From Ruditapes philippinarum (taxonomy: Eukaryota), in contig NW_026865491.1 in assembly GCF_026571515.1 (NCBI RefSeq), positions 1 to 64,000 of the forward strand: 64,000 nt of DNA, read 5' to 3'. Of the stretch, positions 24,716 to 37,600 are shown piece after piece; position 1 is the first letter of the stretch; each line of letters starts with the position of its first letter. The position numbers and the translations under genes were made by a program. The notes under the pieces were generated by a model. It searched no databases, was not told where the DNA came from, and saw only the letters and a list, made by a program, of their open reading frames with translations.

Positions 24716-25573
24716 GTTGATTAAGGCGAGACAAAAAAATTGTTTGAATGTAGACAAACCGATAAAATAGAGAAGTTCTTACGCACACAAATATTTTAAC
24801 ACACTCACCTCGATAATCAGAATTGTCTTCTTAAATCAAGAAAACAAATTTATCACAAAATTTTAAATAATTCTTACCTGTAAATAAAAAAACAGGCTAA
24901 GTTATGAATATTTGTTCTTTATAAGGTGGTGTCTCTTAGAAATCAACTTTTATTCATTTGTTCTTTTTATATTCATGATTTCTTATTTAGCTGGCCTCAT
25001 TCTGTACATATGTTTGATTGACCATTAAAAAGAATTTGATGTGAAAATTTTCCCCATTAGCAACTTCAGATGTTAATAATCAGCGTCAGGTGACCTTACT
25101 TTTTATATTAGGCCTATGCAATAATACATAATGTTTATAACTGCTGATATGCCTGTTACAATTATATCAACATTAAAATAAGCATCCATTTTTGGATCGG
25201 GGTCAAATTTATTTTAATCAACCTTTTGAAGAAAATATGATCTTGGAAAGTAATTAACAAAAGCTTTCCAGAAACTTTCTGTACCTTCTGTCATTTCAAG
25301 GAAACATTGAGACCTCTAATGATAATCTGTCCAGATTTCGAATTTAAAATATGAATTTTGACCACACTAATCTTTGTGATATTTAGATCAGCCACGGTCA
25401 TTTCTACACAATTAGGGAACGGGATGTTTATAAGGAAATTTCTTCCCTTTGATTGTGTTTTACGTCGCACCATCACAGTAAATGTCATACGGCGACATTC
25501 CAGCTTATCTAGTGGAGGAAGACCTCAGGAGTCACTCCATTATTTCAAGCACCCAAGTACAACCACCCACGTT

Positions 25574-26527
25574 ATGGCGGCGTGGCCAAATGGTTAATGC
25601 GTCGGTCTAGTAATCTAAAGATTCCTGATCGCTTGGGTTCAAGCCCCGTCAGGAGCAAGCCGTTGTTTCCCTGAGCAAGAAACTTTACATTCATTGCTTA
25701 GTACTGGTTGGTTCCAGGTTTCAATAAGCTTATACCTTCCAATGCAACCGAACTAAAACAAGAGCCATGTTAACATGGCCATCCCCCGCCGAATGTGTTT
25801 GCTCATTGGAAGAATGTATATGTAGTAGAGCAGAATAATTCAATTTTAAGAGGTCTTTTGGTTATGAAAACGGATGGCTGAATTAATTACAGATTTGAAA
25901 CCTATGTGAATACTGATGGCTGAAAATAACAAAGGGCAATAACTGAAAAATAATGTCGGGTAGAGTTATCATTCTTGTGTGCTGAACATCTCCTCAATAA
26001 GTTCCATCCACCTATGAAGTTTCAAGTTGATACCTTAACACTTTTGAGATAAGTTCCGGACAAAAAGTATGGAAAAAACCTCAAAAATTACAAAAAGGTT
26101 GCAAGTTATCATTCTTGCGCACAGCATTCCTCCTCAATAAGACAAATCCACCTATGAAGTTTTATGTTGACATCTCAAAGACTTTTTGAGTTATGCTCTA
26201 CTCAGGTGAAAAATTAAGTATGAAAAATAACTAAGGGCAATAACTCAAAATTATGAGAATAGAGTTATCTCATGTGCATGAATCCTGAGTGGTATATCAC
26301 TTAGTTCATGTGATTTCAAAGCTTTGAGTTGTGCTCTGGACAATTAGAAAGCAAATTGCAAATATGCAGGCGAGATATCATCTTGTGCATGCACTCCTCC
26401 TCAATATGATCTATCCACCTATGAAGTTTCAAATTGACATCTCAAATACTTTTTGAGATATGCTCTGGACAAAAATGTCGGCTACTTCTATACCCCCCCG
26501 CCGGATGATAATAAATTTGTATAAACT
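25574..26527 (+). mobile_element. tRNA-derived CORE-like SINE (body 25574-25756, tail resumes ~26510-26527)
   Basis: A box GTGGCCAAATGG, B box GGTTCAAGCC, CORE-like GTTTCCCTGAGCAAGAAACTTTAC; 13-bp TSD AACCACC(C/G)ACGTT at 25561-25573 and 26528-26540. Confidence 0.75.
25757..26512 (+). mobile_element. HINE/pearl-like element E1 with degenerate internal tandem repeats
   Basis: Starts AACAAGAG; units carry AAGGGCAATAACT and CCACCTATGAAGTTTCA boxes; CCCCCGCCG near both ends. Confidence 0.7.
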
Positions 26528-28451
26528 AACCACCGACGTTCCGTAAGCTAGCTTCCACAAAATTAGGAAATTTCCAATTTAATCTTAATCTCTTGCGTTT
26601 AAGCCACCAACACGCCCACTAAGCGATGGTACTTGCCAAATAGCTAAGCTTTGGGCATCAGTCAGGTTTAAATAGGTCTATTAATATCAAGTGACAAATA
26701 TTGACACATGTTTCGGTTAACATAGCAATGCTATATGCAAAATATCTCAACTCTTTGCATTTTAATTTCACACAAAAAGACTTGTGTGTTTTCCTTTGAA
26801 AGTTTTGACCAGAGGAAGTCCAAATTTGTGCTCTGTATATCGTCCGATTCGATTATGAGGAACATTTCTGCCAGATAATTTCAATTTTCTTTGATTAGTC
26901 GATATGGAGCAGAATTCAAACAGACTGTGACCTTGACCTGAGGAAGGAAGGTCAAACCTGCGCAAAGCACATTGCCTCATTAAGATTAAGGTTTAGCAAG
27001 TTGTTTCAATTTCTTACAGTCAGTTCAAAAGATTACACATGAAATTGCTAACAACCTGGTGAACAACAATATACGATACCCTGATAATATGAAAATGTAT
27101 TAGGACAGAAAACAAATAACACAAAATAAAATCAAATATGATTTTATTCAATAAATACATGATAGTGATGCAGTTATAACGTTTACAGGTTATCCCATTT
27201 CCAAGAAAACAGAAGCTTACATCTACCGAGACAAAGTTTTCAAATGTAATCAAAATATTAAATACATATACATGTAGCATAAAAATTCTTCCATAAATGC
27301 TTAATATAGAAATATCTTGAAATCTTCACTTCAAATATATTTGCTTATTAATTTAATGTTTTTCTAAACCTACATGTATGTGATATTTGTGAACGTTCGG
27401 AACATACCTTATCTTGCACGCATGAAATGATACAGAATATTACATAACCACCAATTAGCTGAAGAAGAGGAGCACTTGGCATCCAATTTAGAGGTTTTGG
27501 ATTCAAGTCACATAAGCAGTGCGATATTTTTTTCTCACTTCCACACTGGTTCCAACATCCAGGAAAAAGTCAATTGGTGTGACTTAAAACACATGTTAAC
27601 GTCCATCAATAGAAAAAACAACAACATAACAATACAACTAAAAGCTAAATCCGTTTAAATATGTTGAAAAATTCTAGTTGTAAGTCTATCAAATTTAAAT
27701 AAAATCTGTTAAACACCAATTCTTATTTAAAACCTTTAAAGCTCTATTAATAATACAAATAACATCTAATTATTAACAGTTTCTTTACTTCACAAAAGCC
27801 AAAGCCAATTGTTGTCATATTTAACAAAATATAACGCTTAGCACTTCAGTATATTTCAAATTGACATAAGACTAAAATTCATAATTCCTGGATAATTGTA
27901 ACAAAAACATCATTTCAGGCAGTTGCAATTTAGTTAAGTCTCATAGTCTAAAACATTTAATATGTATTTTTAACAGTCAAACAATTTGCAACTCAAATCA
28001 CAAGATTAAGCTATGAAATAAAACATTAACTACATTAATTATGTGTGCACCAAAAAGAATATATGATAAAATGTGGACTTCTCTACACTGATTATTGGAT
28101 AAGTTACCACGCTGTGTCAGTACCGCTGTTATCATACCTAACAATACAATGATTATGGCAAAAAGCAAAACTTCATTTAAATTAATGTCCGGATTGATTC
28201 ATGATTCATACACTTATTGAAACAAAACACTTAGACTATTGCATACATTCAAAAAATCTTCATATATTCAAGATAAAGTGTCTGTGTCTTTAACAATTCA
28301 TGCATCTAAGTTTGTTAATAAGGAAGGAATACTTTGAGAGTTGACCTTCATTTTTTTCACCACTGTTTCTACGCCATTTAAAATTTGCCAATAATAAATT
28401 CTCCTGTCTTTAATGAAGTCCTGGACTAAAGTGACTTGATTTTAAATGTTT

Positions 28452-28600
28452 TTAAAACTGTTCCTCAGCATCCCCACATCTGCTTGCACTGAAATCAGCA
28501 AACCTTCCTATGATTTTATCAATAGAACGTTCCCCGTGCACGTTGTTGTCACGTGTACGTACATTAGCTGACCCAGAATGCGCTTCCTTCTGACCTACCA
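28452..28600 (-). CDS. TARS1: TARS exon 20 (last)
   Basis: [49 protein letters not shown]. Confidence 0.95.
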
Positions 28601-31600
28601 CTGTAATGTAAATAAAAAAATTTATTGTTCACAATGTCATAGTTTTAAGGGAAAATATTTTCTTTTTCAGCCTTAGCCATGTTTTACAGAAGCCAAGGTT
28701 CATTATTACTCTCACTGGCTCTGACAATAGAATATACAGTAACTTTTTAGACAATATCCCTCCATACATTATTTTCTAGTACAATCAGGAATCTGTTTAA
28801 AACCTCAGATCTTCTGTGACCTAGTAAATAGATTCTGCACAAATAACCCGCAATGTAACATCCTGGGTGAGATTTCAGACCTGACATAGCAAGGTAAGAA
28901 AGATTCAGTCACAACCGTAACAACTCACCTGTAGAGGCCCCTGCTCTCTCCTTGTCAATATAACATGAAGAGTAAAGCAAATTTCAAGCCTTGTGCTGTT
29001 TACTTACCTAGAATAAAGTTATATTGAGCTAACTGCGAGTTTCTAACTTTTTTATTCAAAGTATTGGAGGCATCAAGTTCTGCATCACATAGAAATCCAG
29101 CATCATGGATTTGTTGTTTTACCTGTAAAATAATCAACACACCTCAGGTAAACTAATCAACTGGTTCATAATTAAACTCATTATTAATAGACATGTGACA
29201 TAAACAGCAACCTAACAGTATGTCTATATTAATATCATTAAATATATACTGTATGAGAATATCTAAATACCAATATTTATTATATTTTCAAATTCATGAA
29301 GGTGCAACCTATGTAATACAAAATATGACTTCAATAATTTGATGTAATCAAAAAATCGAAAGGGTAGTGATAATGCAGGGTTCATACAGACATCCAATGC
29401 CAAAATTCAAGGACTTTTTAAGCACTATTTAAGCATGTATTCCCATTTTTAAGCACATTTGTTGCACATATATATCGACATAATATTCAACCTAAGAGGG
29501 ATAGTTTATTCAGCATTTTTTCTTGAATTATACAAATTTTCTGGCCAAATTAAGGTTTTATAGAAAAGAACAACAAAGGGTGCATCAAATACAAATTAGT
29601 TCAAAACAAGTGCAATTTGTCAACTTATTGTTACCTTGAGCAAAGTTTAACATTTCAATGATTTTGATACTAAATTGGATCTTTTTCTTATTTTGTTAAC
29701 TGTTGATTTTTATCGACACTATGTCATTCAATCATTTTCAAGCATATTTTCAGCAAAAGCACTTTTTAAGCACTTTTCAGACAGTAATCAAATTCAAGGA
29801 CTTTTAAGCACTATTTTACATTTTTAAGCACTTTTTAAGACAGGGACTGAAATTTAAGCACTTTTTAAGACTGTACAAACCCTGTTTAAATGACAATGTA
29901 TAAAGTTTGAAATAAACTACATTGTTTTATCTAAATTTCATATGGTACGCTTTTCATTAGGTTAATCAAACAACCTACACTATGCATGTAATGTGTATAA
30001 AGAACTAGAACTCCGCGAGTCAGATGTGTCGCCTTGTGAACAATGTAGTTTAGGGGAAATGGCCAGGACAAAAATGAAATATGAAAAATAACAAAGGGCA
30101 ATAACTAAAAAAATAATACGTGCAGAGCAGCAGTTTCTGTACACTGCACTTCTTATCAATAAGATCTATCATTCTATGATGTTTCAAGTCCATAGCTTTC
30201 ATACTTGAGGAGAAATGACCAGGACAAAAATAAAGTAAGAAAATCAACAAAGGGCAATAACTCAAAAATAAGAAATGCAGAGTATCAGTTCTTATGCACT
30301 GCACTTCTTTTTAATGAGATCTATCATCCTATGAAGTTTCAAGTCCATAACTTTTATACTTTCGGAGAAATGGCCTGGACAAAAATAAAGTATGAAAATT
30401 AACAAAGGGCCATAACTCAAAAATGAAGAAATGCAGAGTACCGATTCTTGTGAACTGCATTTCTTAATAATGAGATCTATCATTCTATTAAGTTTCAAGT
30501 CCATAGCTTTTATACTTAAGGAGAAATGGCCCGGATAAAATTAAAGTATGAAAATAAACAAAGGGCAATAACTCAAAAAATAAGAAATGCAGAGTACCAG
30601 TTCTTGTGCACTGCATTTCTTCTTAATGAGATCTATCATCTTATGAAGTTTCAAGTCCATAGCTTTTTTAGTTGAAGAGAAATGGCCCGGACAAAATTAA
30701 AGTATGAAAATTAACAAAGGGCAATAACTCAAAAAATAAGAACTGCAGAGTACCGGTCCTTGTGCACTGCACTTCGGGTTATTGAAAGAAGCATGCATAC
30801 CAAGTTTGAAGTCAATCAGACTTATAGTGACTGAGTTATGCTCCGGACAAGCTTTAGCGGACGCCGACAAAGACACCGCCGACAAAAGTAACCCCTATAT
30901 GTCACCTTTTCAAGGCGACATAATAAAGGCAAGTTTTCTATATACAACAACTATAATGCCGAGGATCCTACACTGAACAACTGGTATGACTTATTTGTCA
31001 CCATCTTGAAGCTGGCATGCATTAACGGTACTAAATTATGGAAATTAACTAAAAGAAAATCAAAGCCCAAGTTCAAATTAAAATGTAAATATAGTTTATT
31101 TCTGTCATAAACTAACAAGGAGAATATTTCCTTTTTCAACTCTAGTCTGGAACTGACAATAATCTTATGCATTGCAGTCGCATTACTGACCCTTCAAAGC
31201 CGGATTCTTATAGAGAATCCAACTAAAATTCCCACCATTACCAAGAGATGGGTTCAAGGTTAGAATGTTACCTTACATCTGATGGCTTTGTGAATAATTC
31301 TTAAATATACATAAGACAATTTGAAATTTAAAGCATGGAAACACGATTCAACAAATTTATCAAACATTAACTTTATTTAATTAATTGAATATACCTTCAA
31401 AGCATAATCATCAAATGCTGGAGCCACTGGTATTACTATAGCTTGCCTTGGGGACAACCAGAATGGCCTGAAATCATCATTATATCGCTACTATTATCAT
31501 TATAAATATATCCAAATTAAACCAAACGTGTGCTAAATGTCAAAATATGATTTTATCTAATTATAGGCTGTTTTTCTTCAAGTTTTATTGTGTATGAAAG

Positions 31601-34600
31601 ATAGCAAGAATAAATTTAATGTTCTGAATTCCATCAAAATTTGTTCTATCATTTGACAACCTTCTGAAAAGAATTTGAGTTAACAAGTCATATATAGCTT
31701 GTTTAACAACTCTATAGTAAGTCAGTTATTCAGTACAAAAACGAAGAAGTAATGTTTTCAGTTTTTAACATTTTACTTTAAATGATTTAACAGAATTTGT
31801 TGCGCCTGTTGTTTATTTATAATTTACATGTACACTATGGAGTAATGGATAATTGAGTATCTGTGAAGTAAGCGGTTTCACAGGTTCTTTATATGTATTC
31901 ATTTAAGATATGTTTACCATTTTCCACCATAACTTTCACAGAGGATAGCAATCATTCTCTCCACGGAACCCAGTATAGCACGATGGATGATCACAGGTCG
32001 TAACTTCTCCCCGTCAGCAGACGCCCTGGTAACATACATGTACATTCATAATATATATAGAGGATATTTGTTTGTTTTGCATGTAAGATTGAAATATAAT
32101 TTCTCTGAGTGAACACCAGATGTAATATTTTCACGAGTGGCGTAGCCACGAGTGAAAATATCATAGCTGGTGTTCACGAATGAAATATATTTCAATCTTA
32201 TATGTAAAACAAATAAATTTTCTTTTTATTTCATGTGTTTTAAGTGATTTTAAGTAATTTTTACTGAATTTGCCGCGTAACGTCGCGCATTCTCCTTTGT
32301 GACGTCATCACATCATGACGTCACATCATCAATTTTGAAATATAGTTCTGTTAAATTTCTCTAATTTTGTTACGTTTTTAACATGATGTATGCTGACATC
32401 GACTTTCTTTTCCTTCAGAAGCAAAATTTACGCATGGCGGCATTTATTTCTGCCTGTTATTCCATTTAGTTATGATTTTCTTTTCATCCGCATTCATATA
32501 TAGTCCGGCTACAGTGAAAATTATATTTTATAAATTTCACTAGTGGTTTATCAGAATATAATCATCTGATATATTACAATAAAACACTGGAAAGCATGAA
32601 ATAAAATTATTATATTGTTGGATGTTAAAACAGAAATTTATGAAATTGAAATAATAAGTTTAAATATTCATTTATAGCAGCCAACAGAATTTAATTAATT
32701 CTTCTGTTTATTGCCAAATAAATGCGTCAATAGAGAGACAAATATAACAATGGTCGACAAACAAATTTAGCAATAGACATATATTTTGTTTTAATCCAAT
32801 GGACAACATATACTATTATGTAGATTGCTCATGAACAGAATTGGGTATGGATAATAAACAATGCTGTTGTTTCACCGACATCTAATATTTCTATGGGTAA
32901 TACAGACATGAAAATAATTAGAAATTGTAATCTATGCATTACTTCAAGATAGGTAGTGGCATCTTACCAATTGTCACCAGTCTTAAAATCGGAATCAAGA
33001 ATCCCTAAAGATTGAAATTTAGATATCACCAAAGACGATATGCCAGCATTTTATTAAAATCTCATTTTCTCAAAGTTCTATTTAGGCATTCTTTTTTCAT
33101 ACAAGGGTATGACTAAAATCTTGTAAATAAAGATGAAAGCATACATACAAGTGTAAGCTTGCATATGTCAACTTACCCAATGTAGCCTAGATTAAATCTG
33201 ATAGGCAACTGGAAATCAAGTTGTATAGTGGCACACTGATGGGACCTTTTTAATGCATCCATAATGGTGATGTCAATCTAAATGTAAACACATTTTCTAT
33301 CTGTTACTATAGTAATGTTAGTTAACTGCAATTAAACTTACATAATCACTTTAAAATGGACAGCTTTCATCCCTACTTAAACCTTTCATTCAATATAAAA
33401 TTAAACACTTACACCTCTTTCAATTCATGGATGTTGACTGTTCTCAATGTTAGACAACAGCAACCTTGCAAACTTTAATACAGGATCGTGTTTTAACAGT
33501 AAAGAAAGCAAGGTAAATAATTATGTATGAATTTTATTTGACATTGTACTATGTTAAAAATAGATATTTTCATTCAATCATAATAAAGCAGCACGCCTCT
33601 AGATTCATTCCAATTTTCATGAAAATTTTGAAAATGTATCTAAAAGTAAAATATTGTGAAGTAAACAAAGAAAGTAATTCAAATATTTCACACATTGCTA
33701 ACAGCACGTACAACCCATGTAAATTACCAAAATGAGGACAAAAAAATGCAAAAATAGCCCTTACTGCGGTAGTAACGCAGTAGAAATATTGTGATTAATA
33801 CTGCAATAATCTCACAAAAGATATAAATTGTAACTTGAATCTTAAATCATTTTTCTTTTTTTTTACAATTTTAGTATGTTTTGTTTATTTTCTTCAGGCA
33901 TGCAGCTTTTAGTACTTTATATAGATCACTTCTGTTACTATATATAGATTACATCTGTTACTTACTTTTGGACCATAGAAAGCACCATCACCTGGGTTCA
34001 ACTCCCATTTGAGACCAGACTTATCCAAGCACGTTGCAAGATCCTAGAAATTGTCAAAAGTAATGATGTTTAGAACATTTTGTGGCACCACTTTGATACC
34101 ATCACTTAACATAATGTTATCATATTGAATGATTCTCATTTACAGTTGTAGAATATTATTAACACTGATTGGATAACATTACTGAGTGTAAACAGAAATA
34201 AGCATAACTTTAAGCCCCACCCCAAAGCATCACTTAAACTGGAGGCATAAAATTATAAATATATTAAATTTTCAAGATATAAACTAAAATATCATCTATA
34301 AATTATGTCTATATTTGATTTTTATCAATTTTATTATTCATTTATCTCTGAAATTACATGACATGTATTCTGATGACAACTATCAAGCACTGTTAAAAAA
34401 ATCATTAACCCATGTATTTTTATTTTATGTTCATATAACACAAATTTCAACAGACTACTTTTTTAATGTATATCTATTCTGATTATTTGTTTCACAAATC
34501 ACCAACCTTCTCAGCCATATCCCACAATGAAACTTCACCTAGGAAACCTTCAGGTCGGGTTGACAACTTCAACTCAAATGTGAATCCAAAAACACCATAC

Positions 34601-37600
34601 ACAAACTTCAAAAAATCTAAACAACCCATAATTTCTTGCTCAATCTGTAAAAGAATAAATATTCTCATGCAGGAGGTGATATCTATGACAACAATAAAGA
34701 ACATTTACATTCATTGATATGTATAAGTTTGTTCAAGGAACAAATACAAGGGTATGTCTATATGCTTCATACACAATCAAACTAAAATAAATTCTATAAA
34801 TTAAAAGGTTATAAGGCTGGGGGAAACAAGACATCAACACCAGGACAGTTCACATATTTATTTAAACTACCGATTTTGGGTAAGATATACCCTTTATCAG
34901 GTTGTAAACAACTAATACAGTCTGTAGGCAAATCTAATTAACCAGACTTTGGTGCAAGCTTCTTACTTTGATATCAAAATTAGCAATTAAATCTAAAGTC
35001 ACATTATCATGATATTTTGGCAAGTTTTAATTGGGCCCTGTCAGAATTTCTTCAGCTTTAGCTTTTGTCAGTAATTCCAGAAACTGAAGATTGAAAACTA
35101 TTTTAAAAGGTTCAAGAAAATTGTTAGCTTAGTAATACCTGTTCAGGTGCACAGAATATGTGAGCATCGTCTTGTTGGAATCTTCGTACACGAGTCAATC
35201 CACTGAGAGCCCCGGACAACTCGTTTCTGTGTAGCACGCCAAAGTCAGCCATTCTCAATGGTAGTTCTTTGTGCGATCTGATACGGTGGTCAAACATCAA
35301 ACTGTTAATAGATAATATCGTATTAAAGGGTATGAAGCTATATCTTATATACAAGAGCTGTCGGAAGGACAACACGCTCGACTATTCTAAGTGCTTGATA
35401 GTAAAAGAGCCTTGATAATGTTAAATTTTTTAAGTTCACAAAAGGGCTAATTTTTTTTTATAAATTCAAGTTATAGGCCTTGAAGAGAGTCTAATTATAC
35501 AGTATTGGCTTGACTATTCGGAAGGTAATGTCACAAGGTTGTTTTATTGAGTATAATAATACTAATTACCTATGAATACATAAATTTGACAGAAAAGGTA
35601 CAAAGGCTTGTTATTAAGATGTTTTATTAAGTAAATCACAGCTTTATTATTATTAATGCTTAAATTGTCCCAAAAAAGGCACAAACCCTTCAGTAGTTAT
35701 TGAGATAACAGCTTACAAGCAAAACTTTACAATGAATTTCTAAGTTAAAAAAGGGGAGAAAAATCAGCCTAAATGCAAGATAGAATTATGGATCTTTGTC
35801 AGTGAACTACAATTATGACTCTAAATGCATATGTGAAGTTTTAAATAAATATCTTTAATAGTTATTGAGATATGTAAAACTTGCATGTAAACATTAACCA
35901 AGAGACTAAGTAGAAAAGGGGATATGAATCAGCCTTAATGCAAGATAGAGTTATGGAACTTGGTCAGTGACATACAATTATGACCCTCCAATTATGACCC
36001 TACGTGCATGTGTAAAGTTTCAAGTAAATATCTTTGAAGACCTTTAACCTTTAACCAAAATTTCTAAGTTCCAAAGGGGCATAATTCTGTCAATATTGTA
36101 GGCAGAGTTATCCAACTTGTCAATCTGATGTACCTTGTTACTATAAATAAGTATTGTAAGTTTCAATTGAATATCTCAAGCAATAATTGAGATATTTGAC
36201 TTTACAAAAAACTTAAACCAAAATTTCTAAGTTAAAAAGGGGCATAATTCTGTCAATATTGTAGGCAGAGTTATCCAACTTGTCAATCTGATGTACCTTG
36301 TTACTATAAATAAGTATTGTAAGTTTCAATTGAATATCTCAAGCAATAATTGAGATATTTGACTTTACAAAAAAACTTTAACCAAAATTTCTAAGTTAAA
36401 AAGGGGCATAATTCTGTCAATATTGTAGGCAGAGTTATCCAACTTGTCAATCTGATGTACCTTGTTACTATAAATAAGTATTGTAAGTTTCAATTGAATA
36501 TCTCAAGCAATAATTGAGATATTTGACTTTACAAAAACTTTAACCAAAATTTCTAAGTTAAAAAGGGGCATAATTCTGTCAATATTGTAGGCAGAGTTAT
36601 CCAACTTGTCAATCTGATGTACCTTGTTACTATAAATAACTATTGTCAGTTTCAATTGAATATCACAAGTAATAATATAGATATTTGACTTTACAAAAAA
36701 CTTTAAGCAACGCAGACGCCGACGCGGACGCCGACGCCGGGGCGACTACAATAGCTCTCATATTCTTCGAATAGTCGAGCTAAAAATGTATCAACAGTAA
36801 AGTTATATTGTTTCCATAATCTTGTAATTGATTTAATAAAGTTACTAAGACTGTCACTGAATCTGTAGAATAAAGATACCTTTTCATGCCATATGAAAAC
36901 AGAAGATTTCCCAAAATATGTCCAAAATGTTTCTCCAACTGCAAACAGTATTACTTTAGAATATAGATCTAGTATAAATTGTATCTGAAATTACGTACCA
37001 ATGTCCTGGACAATTCATAGGTTTCAGGCCATATTTTTCTTTTTCTATATCAAACTTGAACATGCAATCCTGAAAAATTACCGATAGTTTAAATTAAATT
37101 AAGGATTATCCTATAAAATCTTGTTAATACACTTAAATACTAATACAAATCAAATACCATCCAGCAACTTTGTAAAGAGACAATTTTAAATATAAAATGG
37201 GATAAAATGGTATAAAGCTATATCTAATGTAATATTTTTTCATAAAATAAATGAACAGTAAAGTTATGTTATTTCTATAATCTTATGGTGAACTTACAGA
37301 GTAATGTTGCCAATGGCCTGAAGTTTCCCATAACTTATGATTGTATATGTTTGGTGACACAACCTCTTGAAAGCCACGTTTTCTGTACTCACTCTGTAAT
37401 ATATACACATATATATTAGTTCAATATACATATACAGTATATACAGTCAAGACTGCCTTAGGGACCCCCTGATTTCAACAACTCCCTGTCTTATCCGACC
37501 TTGTTTCAGTCCTCCCAACATATTTTGACTGATCAAATATCACAGATAAACAAGCAATTCAAACATGGAGGTTCGCCACAGGAGAACAAGGTAACAGTGA

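Larger units (their letters stand above)
25448..26558 (-). mobile_element. Degenerate Nin/Deu-like SINE split into 25448-25573 and 26528-26558 by later insertions
   Basis: GTGGAGGAAGACCTCAGG...AACCACC(C/G)ACGTT|CCGTAAGCTAGCTTCC matches the intact copy at 47372-47638. Confidence 0.7.

Noticed and set aside
25574-25655. tRNA-Thr(AGT)-like sequence near the ThrRS gene
   Set aside because: It is the head of a CORE-like SINE with a TSD and poorly pairing stems; proximity to TARS is treated as coincidence.
37501-37527. TTG start of the 363-aa ORF
   Set aside because: It lies in the host MITE and TSD, outside the LINE boundary at 37528.
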